A stretch of 64,000 nucleotides of DNA from positions 710,623 to 774,622 of the forward strand of contig OZ244148.1 of assembly GCA_965216255.1 (NCBI GenBank), read 5' to 3'. Each line of letters starts with the position of its first letter. The stretch's first letter is position 1. The DNA comes from Rhodothermales bacterium (GTDB lineage Bacteria > Bacteroidota > Rhodothermia > Rhodothermales > Bin80). The notes under the pieces are model-generated. The model saw only the letters and a program-made list of their open reading frames with translations, made no database searches and was not told the origin of the DNA. Of the stretch, positions 20,511 through 28,540 are shown piece after piece. Made by a program: the position numbers and the translations under genes.

Positions 20511-20901
20511 TTCATCCACGCAAACGGTTCGCGAAACTCATGGCCATGATAATGTCTGTACTTTGATTTCGCAAACGGGTTTTTCGGCCCGTATAACCGG
20601 CGGATTCATACCGGATTGGTTCCGTGCCGGGCGGTTCGAAAAAACGACCGTTTTTGTGAACCGCTGTCCGTGACTGGCAGCACTAACGGCGTCACTGGCC
20701 TGTGCCCCGTACATCAGGGACATCGGGGATGCCGTAGGGAAGTGCATGTTTACGCTTGACACCCCAAGCGGCACAGGGCGGTCTGGAGACGGGGTAGAAT
20801 TTTTTACCCTTTCTTGACACAAGGCGGCCACAAAAGCGTCCCGGGCTCCTTATTCTGCAGGCGTTTCGGCCACAATCAATTCATACAGCCCCCGAGGAGT
20901 T

Positions 20902-23247
20902 ATGACAAGCCTGGACTTTTCGTCACAGGAGATCAAGGTGCTGAAGGAATGCCTCTTGCGGCTGAAGTCGGTCGTATTGCGGGTAAACGGCAGTCTTGAT
21001 CTTGACACGGTGCTGCGCGAGATCATCGAGATCACCCGGGAACTGACGGGCGCTGCATGCGGCGTGATCACGGCGCTGGGCGAGACGGGGCTCGTTGAGG
21101 ACGTGGTGTTGTCCGGCTTCACGCCCGAGCAGGAGGAAAGTCTGTTCAGCCTGGCTGACGGGCAGGAGATTTACGAATGCTTTCGTCACGTCCGCGGGGT
21201 AGAGACCTTCAAGGCGATGCCCGTTTACCGGCAGTTGGAATCGGCGGATCTGGTTTCCTCGGAAACCTTTTTTAGCATGCCGCTGCATGTACGGGACCGG
21301 CATGTGGGCAACTTCTTCCTCATGAGCCTCGCGGCCGGGGGAGCGCATTCCGGCAAGGATCGGGAGGTGCTGGAGCTGCTTACCACGCTGGCGGCTACTG
21401 CCATAGCCAATGCGCGTGCGTACCGGCACGAGCAGCGAGCCAGATCGGATCTTGAGGCCATGGTAAGGACCTCGCCGGTCGGCGTGGTGGTGTTCGATGC
21501 CAGGATTGGCGATGTGGCACTGTTGAATCAGGAGGCCATGCGGCTGACCCGGGGGCTGCAGATGCCGCAGCATTCGCCCGAGCAGTTATGGAAGGAGCTG
21601 TTATGCCGGCGAGCGGACGGGCGGGAGATTCCGCTCCGCGAGTTTCTTATGGGAGAGGAGCTTCGTGCTGCCGAGATGGTGCGCAGCGAAAAAATAGAGC
21701 TTGCGAATGCTGAAGGGCGCAGCGTGTCCGTACTGCTGAACGCCACGCCGATTCGTTCCGGGGACGGCGCGGTGGTCTCCATTGTCGCAACGCTGCAGGA
21801 TCTGGCGCCGCTCAGGGAGCTGGAGCGGCTTCGGGCCGAGTTCACCGGCATGGTCAGTCACGAGCTCCGTACTCCGCTGACATCGATAAAGGGCGCTACG
21901 GCCACGGTACTCGGTGCGGCAGCACCGATGGACCGCGCCGAGCTGCTTGGATTCTTCCGCATCATTGATTCGCAGGCGGACCGGATGCACGGCATGATCG
22001 GTGACCTTCTGGATGCCGGCCGCATTGATACGGGCACGCTGTCGGTAGATGCGCGGCCCTCCGACGTGGTGGATCTGGTCGAGCAGGCGAGAAGCTCCTT
22101 TCTGGCGGGCGGAGGCAGCCATCCCGTGCTCGTTGACATAGCTCCAGATGTGCCCTGGATCATGGCCGACCGGCAGCGCATCGTTCAGGTGTTGCTCAAT
22201 CTGTTTACCAACGCGGCCCGTCACTCTCCGGACGGCGTTCCGATGCAGGTGTTGGCCAGCCATGACGGCATCCATATGGCGGTATCGGTGTCGGATGAGG
22301 GTATGGGCATAGCCCCGGAACTGATGCCCCGCCTGTTTCAGAAGCACGTCGACTTCGGCGGCGGAGAGAAGCGCGAGAGGCTCGGTCTGGGGCTTGCGAT
22401 ATGCCGGGGACTGGTCGAGACCCACGGCGGCCGCATCCGGGCGGAAAGCCAGGGGGTGGGCCAGGGTGCGGTGTTCACGTTTACGATTCCTTTGGCTGCA
22501 AAAGCGCACACGACCGCTGAAGGCAGGCTGGGTGGAACGCGTGTTGCACCATCGAAAAACGGCAGCGACTCCGCGCGCATCCTGGTAGTGGACGACGATC
22601 CGCATATGCTCCGCTACGTTCGGGACACGCTTACGGTGGCGGGCTACCGGCCGACAGTGACCGGCGATCCGAACGAGGTGGCTCGCATCATAAGCGCAGA
22701 GAAGCCGGATCTCATCCTGCTCGATTTGATGCTGCCCGGCACCACGGGGCTGTCGCTGATGGAGGACCTGCACGAATTGACCGATCAGCCGGTGGTATTC
22801 ATTTCGGCCTACAGGCAGGAGGAGACCATAGTGCAGGCGCTCGATGCCGGCGCCGTTGACTATATCGTCAAGCCGTTTTCGCAGGCCGAGCTTACGGCAA
22901 GGGTCCGGGTGGCCTTGCGAAGGAAGCCCAGGCCTGACCCGTATGTTTTCGGCGATTTCGCAATTGACTACGATGAGCGGCGGGTAACCGTGGCGGCCCG
23001 GCCCGTGGAGCTGACCGTCACGGAGTACAGGTTGTTGCGGGAGCTGTCCCGCAGGTCTGGATCCACAGTGACCTATGAGACGCTGGTCCGCAGGGTGTGG
23101 GGGAGCGAAGGCGACGCTCACGCAGGCCTGGTGCGCGCTGCCATCATGCGGCTGCGCCGCAAGCTGGGCGACGACCCCGACCATCCGACGTATATCCACA
23201 ACGTCCACGCCGTCGGTTACAGGATGCCGGAGCCGTCCGGCGGCTGA
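20902..23247 (+). CDS. Cytoplasmic GAF-PAS sensor histidine kinase fused to a complete OmpR/PhoB-type response regulator (REC + winged-helix)
   Basis: 781 aa with no TM segment. H-box FTGMVSHELRTPLTSIKG. N-box LLNLFTNAARHSP. G-boxes VSDEGMGIAPE and GLGLAICRGLVETHGG. REC domain: ILVVDDDPHML, DLILLDLMLPG, DYIVKPF. C-terminal wHTH: LTVTEYRLLRELSRRSGSTVTYETLVRRVWG...LRRKLGDDPDHPTYIHNVHAVGYRM. Confidence 0.9.
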   Translation: MTSLDFSSQEIKVLKECLLRLKSVVLRVNGSLDLDTVLREIIEITRELTGAACGVITALGETGLVEDVVLSGFTPEQEESLFSLADGQEIYECFRHVRGVETFKAMPVYRQLESADLVSSETFFSMPLHVRDRHVGNFFLMSLAAGGAHSGKDREVLELLTTLAATAIANARAYRHEQRARSDLEAMVRTSPVGVVVFDARIGDVALLNQEAMRLTRGLQMPQHSPEQLWKELLCRRADGREIPLREFLMGEELRAAEMVRSEKIELANAEGRSVSVLLNATPIRSGDGAVVSIVATLQDLAPLRELERLRAEFTGMVSHELRTPLTSIKGATATVLGAAAPMDRAELLGFFRIIDSQADRMHGMIGDLLDAGRIDTGTLSVDARPSDVVDLVEQARSSFLAGGGSHPVLVDIAPDVPWIMADRQRIVQVLLNLFTNAARHSPDGVPMQVLASHDGIHMAVSVSDEGMGIAPELMPRLFQKHVDFGGGEKRERLGLGLAICRGLVETHGGRIRAESQGVGQGAVFTFTIPLAAKAHTTAEGRLGGTRVAPSKNGSDSARILVVDDDPHMLRYVRDTLTVAGYRPTVTGDPNEVARIISAEKPDLILLDLMLPGTTGLSLMEDLHELTDQPVVFISAYRQEETIVQALDAGAVDYIVKPFSQAELTARVRVALRRKPRPDPYVFGDFAIDYDERRVTVAARPVELTVTEYRLLRELSRRSGSTVTYETLVRRVWGSEGDAHAGLVRAAIMRLRRKLGDDPDHPTYIHNVHAVGYRMPEPSGG

Positions 23248-23387
23248 AAGACGGCGTCGGTGAGCCGCCTGCAAGCCCTCGCTTCGGTCGCCCCGCAAAA
23301 GAGGCGGCTGTCTGCCTGGCTGGTACGCGTCTGCCGAAGCGAAGCCCGCTCCTTGCCACAATCGCGGCCGGGCAAGGCGCGCAGTAG

Positions 23388-25553
23388 CCCATCTTTACCT
23401 TTTCACTCAAGAAAGCCCGGCAGAATAGGCAAATATGAATCCTTCGGTCACTACAATGGGCTGCAAGGTGAGTTTCGCAGTTGCTCAGAAGGTCGTCTTG
23501 TGCATGGGAAGAGGCACCGGATTGATGCCAAGTGCTTCGTAGATTTCCCGTTGGTCAGCATCTGGATAGGAGGTCGTGCGGACATGGAGCGTGTAGCCGC
23601 TCCGGGCTTCGAAGACGCTGGTCGTGCGCACCTGGCTCCGAAGGATCCTCCGGAGCGTTGTCCAGCTTGAGCGCAGCCCGACCGCGCGCAAACGCTTCCG
23701 GATCACCTGCACCAGTTGGTAGGCCAGCACCGTGATAAACAGATGGCCTTCTGCGCGCCGGCCCGTGGAGTGATAGATCGGCCTGAGGCCCAGCTCCGAC
23801 TTCAGGGACCGGAACACCGCCTCCAGGTCGGTCAGCATCACGTACGTGCGCCAGAGCTCTTCCGCGGAGAGGTCCATCTCGTTGCTGCGTAGGCAATAGA
23901 CGCCCGGATCGCTCAGCATGGTGCCCGCCTTCGGCGTCTGTTTCCATGTGATTGACTTTGCCCGCTTGCCCTTTTTATCCGGCTCCACTTTGATCTCGTA
24001 ATGCTGCCCGATGCCGCCGAAGCATTGCTTCATACGAGCGATGCGCTCCCTTATGAGGTCCAGGCGCTTGTGCGTCTTCGGCCGGGAAAGCCCCTCGGAA
24101 AGCTTGCCGAGGGCCTCCTCGAATCGTTCCGCTTTCTGCTTCATCATGGCCTCTTCCTTCGCTATGCGGGCCCCGCTGCGACAGTAGAGCCGCACCTCGT
24201 CGTCTGCCTCCTCCCGGTATATCTCTACGTCGCTGCCCGAGGACGTCTGAAGGGACTCTGCCTTCTGCTCGTCAAAAGGCTTCCTGCGCTCTCTTGACAC
24301 GACGATGTAGCCATAGCCCTCCTTGCGCAGCCAGTCTATGCGGTCCTTCGTGGCTACGCCCCGGTCCATCACCACGCGTGCGCCCTTGGGCGCCCCCAGC
24401 GACTCAAGCATCTTCTTGAGCGTGGACGCTTCGTTTACATTGCCCTTGAAGACCCGACTGCGACGCACGAACCCGCTGCCGTCTACTACCAGAGCCAGCG
24501 TAAGCAGCACGCAGCCATGACGCCGCTGCTTCGAGTGTCCGCGCTTCGCCTTGTCGATCCCCTTGCCACTGCCTTCCAGGAAACTGCCCTTCAGGTCATA
24601 AAGCGCGATCGTAGGCTCCAGATCAAACAGATCCATGGCTCGTGCAAAGAGGTGGTCCTCTATGACCTTGCGGTGCTTCTGCAGCATGTCGCTGGCCCGG
24701 TAGAGCTGCATGTCGGCCATCTTCTCGAAGTTGCAGCCCAGAAACTCGTCCAGTCCGCTGGCAGAGGCCAGCCACTGCTTCGTGGCATGTTCGCTGGCCG
24801 GATCGGCCAGGCGTCCTATGATGGAACCCGTGGCAGCATGCTGGAGACCTCGTGCCATCTCAAGCTTCTCGAAGAGCTCAGGCAGGCCCAACTGTTCCAT
24901 GGCCCAGAGCCCTACATGCTCCACGCCCACCGTGCGGGGCCGGAGCGTCTTGAGCGAATGGATGTCCACATGGTGCCACTCGCGCGGCGGCCTGCCGCTG
25001 GCGTCTCGTTCCACGGTCTGCGCGCGGCGTGCGCTTACGAGTAAGGCAATGCGCTGAGCCTCCTCTTCTACGGAGGCGGGCAGCTCTTCGGGAACCAGTT
25101 CCAGCTGCCCGTTCAGCAGGGCCTCGATGCGCCGGCACAAGGGGCGCCAGTAGCGTTCTTCGACGCTGAAGTGGGCGCCGAGATTGAGGAGGGTCTGGCG
25201 CTGCACCTTTTTGCCCCGGCGCTTGGACTGGCAGAGGCTGAAGGTATAGTAGCGCGTGCTGTCGGAGGACTTACGGGTGAGGGAGCGGCAGATGAACATG
25301 CAGACAAGATAGGGGGAATGGGATCCGGCCGCAAGCCCTTCCAACATAATATGTCACTACATTCATGAACAACCAACATATAAATCCTGAAATGGGGAAG
25401 CGGGGTGCGATGGACGATCAAACCAAGCCAGAAAAGCACCACGGGTGGGGGCTCATCCCTAAAAAATGTCTAGAATTCCTAAAAACACTTCGGATTCCTA
25501 AAGGCGGCTATCGCCTATCTTCCATATTTTACGCCTCAAAAGGTAAAGATGGG
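23388..25553 (-). mobile_element. IS1634-like (IS4 superfamily) insertion sequence, copy 1, 2166 bp
   Basis: Perfect 16-bp terminal inverted repeats: CCCATCTTTACCTTTT at 23388-23403 and its complement at 25538-25553. A 4-bp direct repeat GTAG flanks it (23384-23387 and 25554-25557). Confidence 0.85.
23485..25299 (-). CDS. IS1634-family DDE transposase
   Basis: Track ORF 23485..25347; the probable start is MFICRSLTRK.. at 25299, by comparison with copy 2. Motifs: YYTFSLCQSKRRGKKVQRQTLLNLGAHF, VVMDRGVATKDRIDWLRKEGYGYIVVSR, YHSTGRRAEGHLFITVLAYQLVQVIR. Confidence 0.85.
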   Translation of the reverse strand: MFICRSLTRKSSDSTRYYTFSLCQSKRRGKKVQRQTLLNLGAHFSVEERYWRPLCRRIEALLNGQLELVPEELPASVEEEAQRIALLVSARRAQTVERDASGRPPREWHHVDIHSLKTLRPRTVGVEHVGLWAMEQLGLPELFEKLEMARGLQHAATGSIIGRLADPASEHATKQWLASASGLDEFLGCNFEKMADMQLYRASDMLQKHRKVIEDHLFARAMDLFDLEPTIALYDLKGSFLEGSGKGIDKAKRGHSKQRRHGCVLLTLALVVDGSGFVRRSRVFKGNVNEASTLKKMLESLGAPKGARVVMDRGVATKDRIDWLRKEGYGYIVVSRERRKPFDEQKAESLQTSSGSDVEIYREEADDEVRLYCRSGARIAKEEAMMKQKAERFEEALGKLSEGLSRPKTHKRLDLIRERIARMKQCFGGIGQHYEIKVEPDKKGKRAKSITWKQTPKAGTMLSDPGVYCLRSNEMDLSAEELWRTYVMLTDLEAVFRSLKSELGLRPIYHSTGRRAEGHLFITVLAYQLVQVIRKRLRAVGLRSSWTTLRRILRSQVRTTSVFEARSGYTLHVRTTSYPDADQREIYEALGINPVPLPMHKTTF

Positions 25554-25560
25554 GTAGGTA

Positions 25561-27346
25561 GTGCTTGTACGAAAATACTTTAAATCTTCAATAAACAATC
25601 GGTTATATCTTGCAATTGGCGCTGAATCTGAGGGACGTATAGCCGATTCGGGCGTTTAAGAGCGCAAAACAGCTCACATTCGCCAGGGAAACCATGCGCA
25701 AGATTGTCCCAGAGTGCCGTGCACTCGACAGTACGCCGATTGAGGAGATTGCCATAGACCCGAGAATGCGCGACGACATGAGTGCGGTGCTCAAGGGTCT
25801 GCAGTGCGTCTACTGCACGGCGGAATCCCGTGCGGCCTTGTTCGCGATTCTGGAGGCGCACTTTCAGCCGGGTAAACGTAAAGATGTCGGACGACCGGGC
25901 ATGGATCTATGGCGCGTCATCGTGTTTGCGATAGTCAAGCAGTGCCTGGATCTGGACTACGATGCTTTGTTGTACCGGGCCAACAACGATCTCTTGCTGC
26001 GGGAGCTCTTGGGGCACGGAGATGCCGGGTTTGACGAGGTGAAGTACAGCAGACAGCGGCTGGTGGACAACGTGCAGCTTTTGACGCCGAAGCTGGTCCG
26101 GAAGGTGGCCCAATTGATAGTGCGGACGGGGCACAAGGTGGCTGGAAAAGAGTCTGGGACCGCGCTAGCCGGTCGCTGCGATTCCAGGGTGGTTAAGACG
26201 CATGTGCACTATCCCACCGATGTGGGTCTGTGCTGGGATGCGGTTCGTGGTCTAATACGTGTGAGTGCACGCTCGGCTGCGGCATTCGCTCTTCCGGGCT
26301 GGCGCAAGCATGCGGATCGCACGCGGAAGATATACCAGGCCTTCATCCGGGTGCGGACGGCCCCGCGCTACCGGCAGAATCCGAAAGGAGTGAAGGCGTA
26401 CTTGCGCCAGTGCACACAGACTGCAGCACGTGCCCGTACGCTGTTAAATGCCTTGGCCACAGTGGAGAAATCGGAGGCGGCGCGAGCGGATATCGCGTAT
26501 TACTTGCGCTATGTGGACTTGTTGGTGGATCAAGTAAGGCGTCGCATCCTCTTGGGCGAGATGATTCCACATGCGCAGAAAGTGTTTTCCATCCACAAGC
26601 CACATACGCGTTGGATCAGCAAAGGCAAGGCGGGCGTGCTGGCGGAGCTGGGCCTTCCGGTCGCACTGGTAGAAGATGAGCACCGGTTCATTTTGGCTTA
26701 TCACATCCTGTGGGACACATCAGATGTTGAGGTGGCGGTACCGATCATTGATGCGGTGCAGGCGGCTTTTCCAGAGTTCAATGCGTGCAGTTTTGACCGG
26801 GGCTTTCACAGCTTGAAGAATCGAAAAGCATTGGATGCTCGGCTGGCGCTCAATGCGCTTCCGAAGAAGGGCAAGCTTTCTCTGGCGGAGCGTGCGCGGG
26901 AGCGCGCGCCTGCGTTCAAGGCAGCGCGGCGGCAGCACCCGGCCGTCGAGTCGTGTCTGGCCAATTTCGGACTTCGGGGCGGTGCGCTGGTGCGGGAGAA
27001 GAGTCCGGAGAACTTCGCGCTGATGGTGAGCCTGTCCGTGCTGGCAGTCAACATGCACCGGCTGGGTTGCCTGGTGCGCGCCCAGGAACGGGCACGAATA
27101 AAGCGTCGGCGAAAACGCGCGGCGTAGGCCCGCTACCACCTCGCAGAAAGGTCCCAATCGCAGGCTCCAAGGGACACGTATGCCCTTCCGATAGGAACAC
27201 AACGCCCTTCGAGCCGCAAACTGCCCGTGCGCGCACGCAAGAGACGCCAGCATGGCCGAAACACTCGAAGCGGACCGTCAACGAACTCAAAAAACGACCG
27301 TGCCGGTGCATTCGAGGCCGAAAAAAGAGAGTATTCGGTCAATCAC
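25561..27346 (+). mobile_element. ISNCY/IS5-like insertion sequence (DUF772 + DDE_Tnp_1 type transposase), copy 1, 1786 bp
   Basis: Imperfect terminal inverted repeats: GTGCTTGTACGAAAATAC versus the complement of GAGTATTCGGTCAATCAC. A 6-bp target duplication TAGGTA lies at 25555-25560 and 27347-27352. It inserted 7 bp from the IS1634 end. Confidence 0.85.
25694..27127 (+). CDS. DDE transposase (DUF772 N-domain, IS4/IS5-type catalytic domain)
   Basis: 477 aa with GRPGMDLWRVIVFAIVKQCLDLDYDALLYRANNDLLLRELLGH (DUF772-like), CDSRVVKTHVHYPTD and CSFDRGFHS. Two further copies are in the window. Confidence 0.85.
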   Translation: MRKIVPECRALDSTPIEEIAIDPRMRDDMSAVLKGLQCVYCTAESRAALFAILEAHFQPGKRKDVGRPGMDLWRVIVFAIVKQCLDLDYDALLYRANNDLLLRELLGHGDAGFDEVKYSRQRLVDNVQLLTPKLVRKVAQLIVRTGHKVAGKESGTALAGRCDSRVVKTHVHYPTDVGLCWDAVRGLIRVSARSAAAFALPGWRKHADRTRKIYQAFIRVRTAPRYRQNPKGVKAYLRQCTQTAARARTLLNALATVEKSEAARADIAYYLRYVDLLVDQVRRRILLGEMIPHAQKVFSIHKPHTRWISKGKAGVLAELGLPVALVEDEHRFILAYHILWDTSDVEVAVPIIDAVQAAFPEFNACSFDRGFHSLKNRKALDARLALNALPKKGKLSLAERARERAPAFKAARRQHPAVESCLANFGLRGGALVREKSPENFALMVSLSVLAVNMHRLGCLVRAQERARIKRRRKRAA

Positions 27347-27535
27347 TAGGTAGGCGCAAGGCGCAACTAGCGGCCCGCTGCGACCCTGAATCCCGCGCGG
27401 ACGCGGATCCCACCTGTTTCAGCCTTGGGATACCTGCTTTCGCTTGCGGGAAGTCGACCGCCGCGTGCCGGACAATCCGGAATGTTTTCGCCCTTTCTGA
27501 CGCCCAAATCCGTCGTTTCCGGCCTTCGGCGCGCT

Positions 27536-27555
27536 TTGTAACAGATCTGTTACAA
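27536..27555. promoter_or_regulatory. Perfect 20-bp palindrome TTGTAACAGATCTGTTACAA, candidate operator about 100 bp upstream of the adhesin operon
   Basis: Read directly; the two half-sites are exact reverse complements. It lies between the IS right end and the ATG at 27653. Confidence 0.35.
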
Positions 27556-27652
27556 AATTGTGACTCCTTAATCTCCGTGCCTTCGCACGGGTGTGTGATG
27601 TTCGGTCGTAATGTTGTGCCCGGGAGTTTTTGCACAACAACAGCCGAACATC

Positions 27653-28540
27653 ATGAAGAGTCTTCGACGGATTGTTTTGTTCATGGCGTGCCTCGTGCCC
27701 GTGGGCGCGAGCGTGGCGACCGGCTTCGGGGAGGGGCCGCTCCCGGTGTCGGGAGCAAGGCCCGTGATCGGACTCGCGGCGGTCGGGCCGTCGGTGACAA
27801 CCAGCGTCGCGTGCTGCTTTCAGGCACAGACTCGCAGCGGTACGTACACGATCAGCACCACGGCCGGGGGCCTTGCAGCGGCAGGCAAATCCGTGGGCTA
27901 TCTCGCCATTGCCTCTCCCGGGTACGTAAGCAGCGCGCCTCCCGTCACGGAAATGGTGGCGGTCACCCGGGGAAGAGAAATCGTGATCGTAACGGCGGTG
28001 GCAAGCAGCTGTCCCACAACGGTCAGCGAGGGATCTCGTCCGCTGGTCATTGACCTCAACGGGACGCCGGAGCGCGCGATAGCGATCCATTGCGGAAGCA
28101 GCGGCCGCGCCGTACCGGCGGCGTACGAGGTCGGCTCCTCGCGCCCGGATACCTTTACCGCATCACCGTCCAGCGGGAAGCTGACGGCGGTGGATGCAGG
28201 CACGGCCCGCCCGATCAAGACCGCGATCCGCGACTGCGGGGCAGCGATTGACGTGGCTGTAAAGGAGAAGGGGCGGCCCATATCACACGATCCGGCTGCC
28301 GGACTTGATGCCGGCGGCGGAGGATACGGTGTACATCCATCTGCCAGCCCATTGCAGCGAGCCGGACGAGGAGGACATGTTTTCCTGCGCAGTCCGCTGA
28401 GCGGTCTGCAGCGTGGACTCTCACGGGATTTTTGTTGCGCCGGTCCCGCGCGGGACCCGTGCCGTGGATGCGTACGCGCGATAGCTTTTTACAGGTCTGT
28501 TTTGTCGAGTCAGTTCAATCCAACCATTCGTGTGTCATGA
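27653..28540 (+). CDS. Secreted protein of unknown function, first gene of the adhesin locus
   Basis: Likely start MKSLRRIVLFMACLVPVGASVATG (signal peptide). The body is Ser/Thr/Ala/Gly-rich. The last ~90 codons look like non-coding translation (R/G-rich), so the true 3' end is uncertain. As drawn, the stop overlaps the next ATG (ATGA at 28537-28540). Confidence 0.4.
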   Translation: MKSLRRIVLFMACLVPVGASVATGFGEGPLPVSGARPVIGLAAVGPSVTTSVACCFQAQTRSGTYTISTTAGGLAAAGKSVGYLAIASPGYVSSAPPVTEMVAVTRGREIVIVTAVASSCPTTVSEGSRPLVIDLNGTPERAIAIHCGSSGRAVPAAYEVGSSRPDTFTASPSSGKLTAVDAGTARPIKTAIRDCGAAIDVAVKEKGRPISHDPAAGLDAGGGGYGVHPSASPLQRAGRGGHVFLRSPLSGLQRGLSRDFCCAGPARDPCRGCVRAIAFYRSVLSSQFNPTIRVS

